Positions 1 to 8,638 of a DNA stretch of 47,861 nt are shown here, piece after piece. Under the pieces are notes generated by a model. That model had not been told where the DNA came from. It made no database searches and worked only from the letters and a program-made list of their open reading frames with translations. This DNA comes from Candidatus Thalassarchaeaceae archaeon (GTDB taxonomy: Archaea; Thermoplasmatota; Poseidoniia; Poseidoniales; Thalassarchaeaceae), in the NCBI GenBank assembly GCA_029250665.1, contig JAQXEV010000053.1, positions 1 to 47,861 on the forward strand, given 5' to 3'. Position numbers and translations under genes: made by a program. Numbering within the stretch: the stretch's first letter is position 1; every line of letters begins with the position of its first letter.

Positions 1-1121
1 GGTGTGACATCGAGGAGCAGTACATCGGTCACACCCTCGTCGCCGACGATAATCCCCGCTTGTAGAGCGGCGCCAACAGCGACGGCCTCGTCAGGATTGA
101 TTCCCTTGAATGGAGACTTACCAACTTCCTTCTCGATAGCAACCTGGACCGCTGGAACACGTGTCGAACCACCGACGAGAATGACCTTGTCGACCTCTCC
201 TTTGGAGACGCCAGCATCCTTCATCGCTCGGCGAGTAGGAGACATAGTTCGCTCGACGAGCGCAGCGATGAGCTCCTCGAACTTCGCTCGTGAGAGCGAG
301 AGGTCGAGATGCTCGGGCTGTCCGTCACTCATGGTGATGAATGGTAGATTGATCTGAGTTGTACCAGTGCCGGACAGTTCGATCTTTGCCTTCTCGGCAG
401 CTTCACGCAGGCGGCTCATCGCTTGCATATCGCTAGAAAGGTCGATTCCTGTTGCCTTCTTGAATTCAGCAATAATCCATTCGATTACAACTTCGTCGAA
501 GTCATCTCCACCAAGGCGATTGTCTCCGCTCGTTGCCTTGACCTCAATCTGAGGTTGGCCATCGACGAGGTAAATCTCGAGGATTGAGACATCGAAGGTT
601 CCACCGCCCAAATCGTAGACGAGAATCGTCTGGTCATCATCCTTGTCGACGCCATACGCGAGCGCAGCCGCGGTAGGCTCGTTGATGATACGAAGAACTT
701 CGAGGCCGGCGATGCGACCAGCATCGCGAGTTGCCTTTCGCTGAGCATCGGTGAAATAAGCCGGGCAGGTAATCACAGCCTGCTTAACCTCCTGCCCGAG
801 ATATGCTTCAGCATCGGCCTTGAGCTTCTGCAGAATGAAGGCCGAGACCTCCTGAGGAGTGTAAGGATCGTCGCCAATCGACTGAGTCCAATCAGTTCCC
901 ATCTCACGCTTAACAGACATGATTGTGCGATCGGAATTGGTGACCGCCTGTCGCTTTGCAGTGATTCCAACCAAGCGGTCGCCATCTTTGGTAAAAGCGA
1001 CAACCGAAGGTGTAGTACGACTGCCTTCTGAATTCGGTATGACGACTGCTTGACCACCCTCGAGGGTCGCTACACAGCTGTTTGTAGTTCCAAGATCTAT
1101 TCCAATTACAGGTGTACCCAT
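1..1121 (-). CDS. dnaK: Hsp70 chaperone DnaK, N-terminal ~373 codons; the gene runs off the left edge of the window
   Basis: Absent from the supplied ORF track because there is no stop codon in the window. My reverse-complement translation from the ATG at 1121-1119 reads [43 protein letters not shown]...[41 protein letters not shown]...[14 protein letters not shown]...[14 protein letters not shown]...[16 protein letters not shown]. These are the Hsp70 signature blocks. A GGAGTGA Shine-Dalgarno-like site lies 5 nt upstream of the ATG. Confidence 0.95.
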   Translation of the reverse strand, partial: MGTPVIGIDLGTTNSCVATLEGGQAVVIPNSEGSRTTPSVVAFTKDGDRLVGITAKRQAVTNSDRTIMSVKREMGTDWTQSIGDDPYTPQEVSAFILQKLKADAEAYLGQEVKQAVITCPAYFTDAQRKATRDAGRIAGLEVLRIINEPTAAALAYGVDKDDDQTILVYDLGGGTFDVSILEIYLVDGQPQIEVKATSGDNRLGGDDFDEVVIEWIIAEFKKATGIDLSSDMQAMSRLREAAEKAKIELSGTGTTQINLPFITMSDGQPEHLDLSLSRAKFEELIAALVERTMSPTRRAMKDAGVSKGEVDKVILVGGSTRVPAVQVAIEKEVGKSPFKGINPDEAVAVGAALQAGIIVGDEGVTDVLLLDVT

Positions 1122-1141
1122 TTCATTCACTCCATTCAGAT

Positions 1142-1783
1142 TCACTCACTTTCGTCGGCGGACAATGCCGCCGCGTCGATGTCGAATTTAACATCGAGAA
1201 TGCCGTTATTCAGGTCCCATTCTACGATACTCTCTGCAGAATGAGGAAGGGTGTAGCGCTTCAGAGGGCGCATTTGTGTGGTCTTCATCAGTTGCAGAAT
1301 TTCTCCGCCGCCGGTGAGGTTGAGTTCGACTTCTTCGGGTTCGATATCGGTGAATCGTGAGATGTCAACGGTAATGCACATTCGATCTTCATGGATGAAT
1401 ACATCTTCAATCGGTAATTCGTCGTCGGACTCCTCCGTTACTTCTTCATCGACTTCGATTTTCGGAGCCTCGGCTACAGAAGGGCTACCGTCGAATTGTA
1501 CCTTGATTCCCATGTTGCGGAACATATCTCCCATTCCGCCGGGACCGTTGAGCATTGTCTCCATTTGCTTGCGGAATTCCTCGGGATCAACGTCGGTTTG
1601 CATGCGGATATTGCTTTTCGACATTTGCTCGGGATCAATTCCCATTTCCTCAAACTGCTGCTGAACTTTGCGCATCATTTCCTGCAGCATTTCGATATCG
1701 ATTGGCATCCCCATATCAGAGAACATCTTGGCCATCTCCTTGAGGAGCCTGTCGTCGAATTCGTCCTTGTCTACAGTGCTCAT
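1142..1783 (-). CDS. sHSP-like protein: Hsp20/alpha-crystallin-type C-terminal domain plus a Met-rich acidic N-terminal half
   Basis: ORF 1142..1822. I prefer the ATG at 1783 (MSTVDKDEF...) because a TATACA box lies ~26 nt upstream. The C-terminal ~90 aa ([39 protein letters not shown]...[25 protein letters not shown]) follows the Hsp20 beta-sandwich pattern. The stop codon lies 20 nt upstream of the dnaK ATG. Confidence 0.7.
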   Translation of the reverse strand: MSTVDKDEFDDRLLKEMAKMFSDMGMPIDIEMLQEMMRKVQQQFEEMGIDPEQMSKSNIRMQTDVDPEEFRKQMETMLNGPGGMGDMFRNMGIKVQFDGSPSVAEAPKIEVDEEVTEESDDELPIEDVFIHEDRMCITVDISRFTDIEPEEVELNLTGGGEILQLMKTTQMRPLKRYTLPHSAESIVEWDLNNGILDVKFDIDAAALSADESE

Positions 1784-1806
1784 AATACCACTACTCAACC
1801 CGAGGT

Positions 1807-1812
1807 TGTATA
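1807..1812 (-). promoter_or_regulatory. TATA-box candidate for the sHSP-like/dnaK transcript (near-leaderless)
   Basis: Sense-strand TATACA is centred ~26 nt upstream of the ATG at 1783, the canonical archaeal TATA-to-TSS spacing. Confidence 0.45.
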
Positions 1813-1998
1813 GTCCGAGCAATGGGGCATATTTGAATCGAACGGTGGATGAGATACTCGCGCGCGGGTGTGCACGGGGTATTGCACCTGTGAAGAAACG
1901 TGATGCTGCGGGTCTGTTGGTAATCTGGGGCTAACCTGTTGGACGGCCTGAGCGCGGGCAGCATCGCATTCAAATCGGGCCTGCGGTTCGGCTGGCTC

Positions 1999-3594
1999 AT
2001 GGTCGAGTCCGAGCAGGATGTAGCTTTGCAGGACACCGACCGAATCGAGGGGCGCTCGGCTCTCGTAAACAATACCAAGGCGGCCCTCGCTCTAGCCGGC
2101 GCGGTTCGTTCAACTCTGGGCCCGCGCGGCTCCGACAAAATGCTCGTTGATGAGAACGGCGAGGTCATCGTTACGAACGATGGCGTTACTGTTTTGGAGA
2201 CAGCGAAGGTTGAGCATCCGACGGCAAGTCTGTTGATTTCGACGAGTTCTGCACAGGATAGAATCGCCCGGGATGGGACGACGACCTCGGTACTACTGAC
2301 GGCTGAACTGCTTCGTAATTCACTCGAGCTCTCGCGTATAGGAGTCCATCCTTCCCTCATCATGAACGGCTACCGTATCGCTATGGAAGAAGCGCTATCT
2401 CAACTCGAAGAGATTTCCCGCGAGGCAAACGAGCAACAATTGGCCGATGCTGTCGCCACCACGATGGCAGGCAAAGTCGACACTGCTCTTTCGCGCCGAA
2501 TGACGGGGTTGGCTCTGGAGACTGCGCAAGAACTCGCGGAAGAAGAGGGGGGAGACGATCTTGAGCGTGTGCGTGTAAAGAGGCTGAAGATGGCTGACGG
2601 CGTAGCGGCTGACTCTGAGATTGCTCATGGATTGGTACTTCGCAAGCAACGCCTCGATTTCACCACTCCAAGCCACTCTGAAGGTGGTCGAATCGCAATC
2701 ATCGATGGTGGCCTTGAAACGCGCGAGTTGGAACTTGATGCGCAGATTGAGATTCGCAGTACAGGCGTGCTCGCTGGTTTTGCTGATCGTAAGAGATCTA
2801 AGTTGGCAGCGCAAGTTGAGGCTCTGTCAGCACTCAACATCGACCTGTTATGTGTGCGTGATGGTATCGCAGACGATGCCTCGCCGTTTCTCAAGCAGGC
2901 AGGAATCACAGCATACCGAAGATTCGAGCGAGAGGACCTTGAGCGCCTTTGCGTATTGACCGGCGCTCGTATGGTACGCGATGCCAACAGAATTTCGGCT
3001 GACGACGTTGGCGCTTACACATCCCGCTCCGAGGAGAAGGTCGAGGATGCCTGGCATCTCAGAATCGATGGTACAGGAGCGGCGATGACTGCGCTTCTTC
3101 GTGGAACCACACCGGCAATGCGCGAAGAGGTCAGCCGGGCTTTCGATGACGCCCTCGGCGTCGCTTTCAGACTCGTCAGAGAACCACAAATCCTGCCTGG
3201 CGGAGGTGGCACTCAGACGCACTTAGCCCGTCACCTGCGAGCCTACGCAACAACTCAGAAGGGACGCGAACAACTCGCAATCGAGGGATTCGCAGATGCA
3301 CTCGAAGTCATCCCACGAGCAATCGCTGAGAATGCAGGGCTAGACCCAATCGACGAGATTCTCGCCCTGTCAGCAGCCCAAGCCAAGAAGGGTGCATGGA
3401 TTGGTCTCGATGCCATGAGTGGAAAGAAGACCGATATGGCAAAAGCGGGAATTAATGATCCACTCTTCGTTGCTCGCCAAGCCTTGACAGGTGCAACCGA
3501 AGCTGCCATCAGCGTCCTAAGAATCGACGATGTACTCTGGGCTCAAGCAGGTCCTGAGACGCCCGATTGGTCGAATCAAATCGACGATGACTGA
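1999..3594 (+). CDS. ths: group II chaperonin (thermosome) subunit, divergent paralog
   Basis: ORF 1939..3594. The ATG at 1999 (MVESEQDVALQ...) aligns best with thermosome N-termini. Motifs present: STLGPRGSDKMLVD, VIVTNDGVTVL, RDGTTTSVLLTAELL, ILPGGGGTQ, ENAGLDPID. Confidence 0.85.
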   Translation: MVESEQDVALQDTDRIEGRSALVNNTKAALALAGAVRSTLGPRGSDKMLVDENGEVIVTNDGVTVLETAKVEHPTASLLISTSSAQDRIARDGTTTSVLLTAELLRNSLELSRIGVHPSLIMNGYRIAMEEALSQLEEISREANEQQLADAVATTMAGKVDTALSRRMTGLALETAQELAEEEGGDDLERVRVKRLKMADGVAADSEIAHGLVLRKQRLDFTTPSHSEGGRIAIIDGGLETRELELDAQIEIRSTGVLAGFADRKRSKLAAQVEALSALNIDLLCVRDGIADDASPFLKQAGITAYRRFEREDLERLCVLTGARMVRDANRISADDVGAYTSRSEEKVEDAWHLRIDGTGAAMTALLRGTTPAMREEVSRAFDDALGVAFRLVREPQILPGGGGTQTHLARHLRAYATTQKGREQLAIEGFADALEVIPRAIAENAGLDPIDEILALSAAQAKKGAWIGLDAMSGKKTDMAKAGINDPLFVARQALTGATEAAISVLRIDDVLWAQAGPETPDWSNQIDDD

Positions 3595-4538
3595 AGGCCA
3601 GCGATCATGGCATCACACATCGCTTCCAAGTCATACTCAGCAACCCAGCCCCAATCGGCCTGAGCAGCCTCATCATCAACAGAATCCGGCCATGAATCGG
3701 CATATTTCTGCCTGACATCCGGCAAAAAATCGCAAGTGAATCCAGAGACGCGTGCGCCAACAGCCTCAGCCAATTCTGTCGCTGTGAAAGAGCATCCAGA
3801 GATGTTGTAGCCGCCGCGCGCTGTCCCGATTGCCTCAACGGGTGCATCCATCAAGGCAATCGTTGCACGGATTGCATCAGCCATGTACATCATCGGTAAC
3901 CTTGTATCCCCGCGAACGAAGCAATCGTAATGGCCGGTTTCGAGAGCGTGGTGGAAAATATCGACGGCGTAATCGGTCGTGCCGCCTCCAGCCGGAGCCT
4001 TGTAGGAAACTAGTCCTGGATAGCGGATTCCGCGGACATCAACGCCGTATTGCTTCCAGTAATTCATCGCTAGACGCTCCCCCGTGACCTTGGTTTTGCC
4101 GTATGTAGTAGTAGGGTTGAGCGTACACTCTTGAGGCGCATGCTTCGGTGCATCTGGCCCGAAAACCGCAATCGAAGAAGGCGCGTAAACACGCAGCGAA
4201 TGCTTGCGAGCGGCCTCAAGCACAGTGACGGTCCCACCGACATTGATTCGCTCGCACAACTCCGGCTTCTTCTCCCCCGTTGCACTGAGAATCGCAGCGA
4301 GATGATAGACGGTACCGATGCCTTCCTCAACCACAACCCGATCGAAGGCATCGGCATCAATCACACTCAGATTCCTGTAAGGTCCGCCCACTACGCAAGG
4401 GTGGTCGGGCAAATCGCGCACGTCACTCGCGACAACCGCATCAGCCCCGTAACGCTCGCGCAAAGTCTCAGTCAGTTCAGTACCAATCTGCCCAAGTGCG
4501 CCAGTAACCAAAATTCGGGAACCTGGCGTATCGGCCAT
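3576..4538 (-). CDS. tdh: NAD-dependent epimerase/dehydratase-fold SDR, resembling SDR-type L-threonine 3-dehydrogenase
   Basis: N-terminal Rossmann motif ILVTGALGQIGTELTETLRERYG..VVASDVR and catalytic YGKTK (YxxxK). About 320 aa. Its 3' end overlaps the thermosome 3' end by 19 nt (convergent genes). Confidence 0.7.
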   Translation of the reverse strand: MADTPGSRILVTGALGQIGTELTETLRERYGADAVVASDVRDLPDHPCVVGGPYRNLSVIDADAFDRVVVEEGIGTVYHLAAILSATGEKKPELCERINVGGTVTVLEAARKHSLRVYAPSSIAVFGPDAPKHAPQECTLNPTTTYGKTKVTGERLAMNYWKQYGVDVRGIRYPGLVSYKAPAGGGTTDYAVDIFHHALETGHYDCFVRGDTRLPMMYMADAIRATIALMDAPVEAIGTARGGYNISGCSFTATELAEAVGARVSGFTCDFLPDVRQKYADSWPDSVDDEAAQADWGWVAEYDLEAMCDAMIAGLQSSSI

Positions 4539-4659
4539 GCCGTTTCGGAAGTCAGACGATACTTAGACTTGCGAGGCCGCTTCACATATCTCATCGACAC
4601 CACTTGGAAGAGCCAACCTTCATAGGCGAGACATATCGGCTTCAAACCCCGTTGATTGC

Positions 4660-6306
4660 ATGAAGTATGTCGTAGTGACGGGGGGAGTCCTCTCTGGACT
4701 GGGTAAAGGAATTACAGCTTCTAGCATCGGTGTTCTCCTCAAATCCGCAGGACTGCGCCTCACCTCAGTAAAGATTGATCCTTACCTCAACAGTGACGCT
4801 GGCACAATGTCCCCCTTCGAGCACGGCGAAGTTTTCGTGCTGGATGACGGTGGCGAAGTTGATCTTGACCTCGGCAATTACGAGAGATTCCTAGATATCG
4901 CGCTCACGCGTGAAAATAACATCACTACGGGCAAAGTATACGCCAATGTAATCGAAAAGGAACGCCGTGGTGATTACCTCGGCAAGACCGTGCAGGTCGT
5001 GCCGCACATAACCAATGAAATCCAAGAATGGATAGAGCGTGTTGCGCACGTTTCGGCAGACGGATCCGGAGAAATTCCGGACGCGTGTGTCATCGAGTTG
5101 GGAGGAACCGTTGGTGATATCGAAAGCGCACCATTCATCGAGGCACTACGCCAATTCCAATTCAGGGTCGGCCAAGAAAATGTCTGCTTCGTCCATGTCA
5201 GCCTAGTCCCTGTGATGGGGCCTGTCGGTGAACAGAAAACCAAACCCACTCAACACACGGTGAAGGAACTTCGAGGATTGGGAATAATTCCAGACATCCT
5301 CGTTTGTCGCTCGGAAAATCCTCTTGAGGATGAAACTCGAGCAAAGCTAGCGGCCTTCTGTCATGTAAGCAAAGATGCCGTTGTCTCGGCTCACGACGTC
5401 TCAAATCTGTATCAGATTCCAATTTCACTTCACGAGCAATCGGTATTGCGTAAGGTCAGTCAGCACCTTGGATTTGAGGTGCCAGATTCGATGCCCCGGC
5501 TCGATGATTGGAAGGCGATGGCGGACAAGGTCGACAGGCTTGAAGAAGAGGTTAACATCGCCATGGTCGGGAAGTACACCGGCCTTTCTGACTCCTATCT
5601 CTCGGTCATCAAGGCCTTGCAGCACAGCGCTCTTGCGGTCAATCGTAAATTGTCTATCGATTGGATCGAATCCACTGACCTCGACCCTACTGAGAACTCA
5701 GATAAGCACGATGAGGCGTGGGATTTGTTGCGTGCAGCCGATGGAATTCTTGTACCCGGTGGATTCGGAATCCGCGGCGTTGAAGGCAAAATTGCCGCTG
5801 CGAATTATGCTAGAACGAACAATGTGCCATATCTGGGAGTTTGTCTCGGATTGCAGATTGCAACAATCGAGTTCTGCCGTAATGTGTTGGGACTTGAGAA
5901 TGCGAACTCGACCGAATTCGATGAGAATACTCCGAACCCTGCTGTCGTCTTCATGCCTGAGATTTCGAAGACTCACATGGGTGGGACAATGCGACTCGGC
6001 ACCAAGCCAACTCCATTCCTTGTCGATGATTGCAAGATTCGCCGCCTCTACGGTGGTGCTGAACATGTCGATGAACGACACCGCCACCGCTACGAAGTCA
6101 ATCCCGAATTGATTGAGGACATCGAGGCTGCTGGCCTCGTCTATGTCGGGAAGGATGAGACCGGACAGCGCTGTGAAATCATGGAATTGGAAGGACACCC
6201 TTACTTCGTCGGGACTCAATATCATCCGGAATTCAAGTCTCGTCCGAACCGCCCTAGCCCACCGTTCCTCGGACTACTGAAAGCTGCTGTCGGACAAGAA
6301 ATCTGA
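4660..6306 (+). CDS. pyrG: CTP synthase
   Basis: [18 protein letters not shown]..., GGTVGDIES, the glutamine amidotransferase motif GVCLGLQ, and HRHRYEVN. 548 aa. Confidence 0.97.
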   Translation: MKYVVVTGGVLSGLGKGITASSIGVLLKSAGLRLTSVKIDPYLNSDAGTMSPFEHGEVFVLDDGGEVDLDLGNYERFLDIALTRENNITTGKVYANVIEKERRGDYLGKTVQVVPHITNEIQEWIERVAHVSADGSGEIPDACVIELGGTVGDIESAPFIEALRQFQFRVGQENVCFVHVSLVPVMGPVGEQKTKPTQHTVKELRGLGIIPDILVCRSENPLEDETRAKLAAFCHVSKDAVVSAHDVSNLYQIPISLHEQSVLRKVSQHLGFEVPDSMPRLDDWKAMADKVDRLEEEVNIAMVGKYTGLSDSYLSVIKALQHSALAVNRKLSIDWIESTDLDPTENSDKHDEAWDLLRAADGILVPGGFGIRGVEGKIAAANYARTNNVPYLGVCLGLQIATIEFCRNVLGLENANSTEFDENTPNPAVVFMPEISKTHMGGTMRLGTKPTPFLVDDCKIRRLYGGAEHVDERHRHRYEVNPELIEDIEAAGLVYVGKDETGQRCEIMELEGHPYFVGTQYHPEFKSRPNRPSPPFLGLLKAAVGQEI

Positions 6307-6323
6307 TTCGTGGAGTTAATTCC

Positions 6324-6689
6324 ATGGTAGTAAAGGTGAATCTTTTTCTTCGTATCGGAAGGGCAATCGTGCTTCGCTTCGGGAAGAACACTCCTTTTCT
6401 TCGCTCTGCAGTTAGATATTATTACATCATAAAAAAGAAAGCATCCCGTTCCACCTTTGCTATTTTTTCGTTCAGTTTCTTCACCCTCGCCGTCATTGAT
6501 GCCTTAGACCCAGAATTCACAGGCACGGAAGGCTTCTTCTCTATGGTTTGGGGTATCGCAGGGGCGGTCTTTCTTCTTCTCCATTATCTGGTTATTGTTG
6601 GCTTGGTTGGAACGCCGGCAGATGATATGGTAGAGTGGTGGAATGATCCGAATCATCCCATTAATCAGACGATGGATGACCACGCATAG
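6324..6689 (+). CDS. hypothetical small membrane protein; the 5' half is doubtful
   Basis: Open frame in the AT-rich islet. The C-terminal half has two hydrophobic segments (FAIFSFSFFTLAVI, MVWGIAGAVFLLLHYLVIVGLVG). The N-terminal part overlaps T-tracts that may be the pyrG terminator. An alternative start is the ATG at 6543. I recognise no homology. Confidence 0.3.
   Translation: MVVKVNLFLRIGRAIVLRFGKNTPFLRSAVRYYYIIKKKASRSTFAIFSFSFFTLAVIDALDPEFTGTEGFFSMVWGIAGAVFLLLHYLVIVGLVGTPADDMVEWWNDPNHPINQTMDDHA
6343..6350 (+). terminator. oligo-T tract, candidate archaeal terminator for pyrG
   Basis: TTTTTCTT lies ~40 nt downstream of the pyrG stop. Further T-runs occur near 6394-6400 and 6464-6469. 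Confidence 0.3.
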
Positions 6690-6740
6690 GGCACTCTATG
6701 TCCGGCCCTGCGTCATCTGCTTAGTCCAAGCAGAAAGTAC
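6689..6740 (+). repeat. left terminal inverted repeat
   Basis: GGGCACTCTATGTCCGGCCC-tgcgtcatc-TGCTTAGTCCAAGCAGAAAGTAC. The inner module contains the hairpin TGCTT-N5-AAGCA. A third partial copy of the outer module (GTACTCTATGTCC) follows at 6737-6749. Confidence 0.8.
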
Positions 6741-6809
6741 TCTATGTCCATGCTTAATCGATGCCACAGAGGGGCCGATGAGACTGGGGCCTCTAGGATT
6801 CTGTTCGTC

Positions 6810-7262
6810 CTATTCCCCTTGCCTTAGGAACTCCTTTTTCTTCTGTTCTTTCACAGAAAGAAGTTCACGAAGTTTATCCCATTCATCGGGATAAATATCA
6901 GTGAGAATCTGCCTATATTTCGGATTTTTGTGCTTAATCGAAGCATACCAGAATTTGTCTGGTAGGATATCGTCACAGTTCTCGAAGAACTGTTTTAATT
7001 GATTTCTTGCGCATTGGCAAGAACTGCATATAATTTCGAGGTTCGACATATTGTCAGCCCCTCCGTGCTTTTCGTCAACTGGTTGGACGTGCTCGATTGT
7101 TACCGAACAGGGGTCTTTACCGGGTGCTGAAGCACTTGTCATATTAGTGCCCTCGCACTGTGGACATTCTTCGCCGACATGCGAGTCACGAAAGGCAAGA
7201 ACTTTCGGTTTTCGAGAGAACTTGCGAGATTGTCTTTGTTTTGTTTTTGTCTTTATAGTCAT
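6810..7262 (-). CDS. HNH (His-Me finger) endonuclease, 150 aa
   Basis: CPQCEG...TIEHVQPVDEKHGGADNMSNLEIICSSCQCARN matches the HNH pattern CxxC...(D/E)H..P...GG....NL...CxxC..N. The N-terminus is Lys/Arg-rich (MTIKTKTKQRQSRKFSRKPK). AT-rich codon usage differs from the neighbouring genes. Confidence 0.8.
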   Translation of the reverse strand: MTIKTKTKQRQSRKFSRKPKVLAFRDSHVGEECPQCEGTNMTSASAPGKDPCSVTIEHVQPVDEKHGGADNMSNLEIICSSCQCARNQLKQFFENCDDILPDKFWYASIKHKNPKYRQILTDIYPDEWDKLRELLSVKEQKKKEFLRQGE

Positions 7263-7381
7263 AAATATTGACAGTTCAGAGGTTGCGTCTCTTCGCTGGC
7301 ATCATAGATACCGGCGGGCTTCGGCCCCAATGGGCAACGCTGCGCTACAGTGGAGGTTCTTGAATTAATTGAAACAAAGGG

Positions 7382-7433
7382 GTATTTTCTGCTTGGGCTA
7401 AGCAAATCATATCGGGCCGGACATACAGTACCC
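7382..7433 (-). repeat. right terminal inverted repeat
   Basis: The reverse complement reads GGGTACTGTATGTCCGGCCC-gatatgatt-TGCTTAGCCCAAGCAGAAAATAC. Against the left repeat: 18/20 in the outer module, 21/23 in the inner module, 3/9 in the linker. Confidence 0.8.
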
Positions 7434-7439
7434 ATTGAT

Positions 7440-8585
7440 TCAGTCGACAGAAATTGGTAGAACTCTAGTTGTTCTGTATCCTTGTAGCACTTTCATGTAG
7501 CGCTTGGCAGCAAACTCTGCATCCAACCCAGCATCCCCTGTCTCGATGCGTAATCGCCTCACAGTGAGTAACTTAGCGGGGGTGCAAATGCCCAGAACAG
7601 AATCAATTCCCGCAGCACTCAGCACCGCGGGTGAAAGCTGCAGATTACCACGTCCAATCAAGAAGCCTTGACCACCCATCGGTGAAAGCAGAATTGTTAC
7701 TTCACCATCATGGTCAGAAATCAACTTGAGCAGGTCAACCTCATTCAGATCAGTTCCGACCTGTTCACCACCGACACTCGCATCAATCCCAAGCAAACTC
7801 GGTGTAATCCCAACCTGATTTCCGATATTCCTGAGTGTTCCGCCTGAGCCCCATATGAGTAATCTTCCGTCCTCCATGAGCATTTCTTGAATGTGGTCAG
7901 CAAGTCCTTCGAGGACCTCCTCTTCACCGCTCGCTTCAACACGCTGTTTGGCCCCTTGCATCCATCGTGGACTCGCCGGAGTCATCGCCTCAGCATACAG
8001 CCGAACGACCCAACGCCCCTGCCGATAGACCTCCTCATCGAGGTCCAAAACCTCCGTACTCGCCAGCAATAATTCTCCATCCATCCAAGCAGAGAGCACT
8101 TCTGCCGCCGCCTTTGGAGAGGCGGCGAAACTTCCTGAATGCATCTTGACTCCGCACGGCACGCCGATGATTGGTAGGTTCTGCCTGCCGGCGGATTCGA
8201 GGGCGGCGACTATGTCGCGGGTTGTGCCATCGCCGCCTCCGTAAACGAGGATATCGATGTTAGATTCGAGTAATTGAGCAACTAAGCCAGCGGTGTCCTC
8301 AGAAGTTGTCAAGCCGGAAGAAGTGTGGATTGTGGACACCGAACCGATCTCTAAATCGCTGACAATCCAGTCGGTTCCCATCCGCCCTTCGCTGGTAATC
8401 CATTCGAGGCCTGATGGATCCTTGCGTAGCCGCGCGAAATGTGTGATAGCGATAGCAACGCGCGGTCCTGCCCGATCCTCGGCACCCTGCGCGCGTGCGA
8501 ACTCGGCCTGACCATCAGAGCCCTTCAGACCCAAGCGGCCGCCTAAGCCGGCGTCGGGATTGACCAGTAGCCCGATACGAGTCAC
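7440..8585 (-). CDS. ATP-NAD kinase family protein (COG3199/AcoX-like predicted polyphosphate/ATP NAD kinase)
   Basis: [13 protein letters not shown]..., [14 protein letters not shown] (the GGDGT motif of the NAD-kinase/diacylglycerol-kinase fold). 381 aa. Confidence 0.75.
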   Translation of the reverse strand: MTRIGLLVNPDAGLGGRLGLKGSDGQAEFARAQGAEDRAGPRVAIAITHFARLRKDPSGLEWITSEGRMGTDWIVSDLEIGSVSTIHTSSGLTTSEDTAGLVAQLLESNIDILVYGGGDGTTRDIVAALESAGRQNLPIIGVPCGVKMHSGSFAASPKAAAEVLSAWMDGELLLASTEVLDLDEEVYRQGRWVVRLYAEAMTPASPRWMQGAKQRVEASGEEEVLEGLADHIQEMLMEDGRLLIWGSGGTLRNIGNQVGITPSLLGIDASVGGEQVGTDLNEVDLLKLISDHDGEVTILLSPMGGQGFLIGRGNLQLSPAVLSAAGIDSVLGICTPAKLLTVRRLRIETGDAGLDAEFAAKRYMKVLQGYRTTRVLPISVD

Positions 8586-8606
8586 GCTCGGCGCAGCGGG
8601 CGTGCG

Positions 8607-8613
8607 TTAATAT
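8607..8613 (+). promoter_or_regulatory. TATA box for arcC (near-leaderless mRNA), embedded in a short inverted repeat
   Basis: TTAATAT is centred 29 nt upstream of the ATG at 8639 and flanked by CGTGC (8601-8605) and GCACG (8621-8625). Confidence 0.5.
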
Positions 8614-8638
8614 CACCACAGCACGCCGTCGCACCCTC

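Larger units (their letters stand above)
6689..7433. mobile_element. TIR-bounded 745-bp cassette carrying a single HNH nuclease gene (putative mobile or homing element; no transposase)
   Basis: 52-nt imperfect inverted repeats at both ends (42/52 by hand alignment). AT-rich interior. It lies exactly between the stop codons of the flanking ORFs. Confidence 0.5.

Noticed and set aside
4-1057. ORF-track entries 4..357(+), 29..217(-), 367..552(+), 485..748(-) and 773..1057(-)
   Set aside because: They lie in the wrong frame or strand within the clear dnaK reading frame (minus strand, 1121 down to the window edge). Their translations are low-complexity Ser/Arg/Pro-rich.
1870-1887. GTGCA-N8-TGCAC palindrome between the sHSP-like and thermosome promoters
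   Set aside because: Only 5-bp arms. It could be a heat-shock regulator site, but with no second copy or known consensus it is unsupported.
6643-6894. 83-aa plus-strand ORF spanning the left inverted repeat and the HNH 3' end
   Set aside because: It crosses the repeat and is antisense to the HNH gene. Its translation has no features.
7316-7327. GGGC-TTCG-GCCC tetraloop hairpin upstream of the HNH gene
   Set aside because: The stem is only 4 bp and cannot be extended, so it is insufficient to call an RNA element or terminator.
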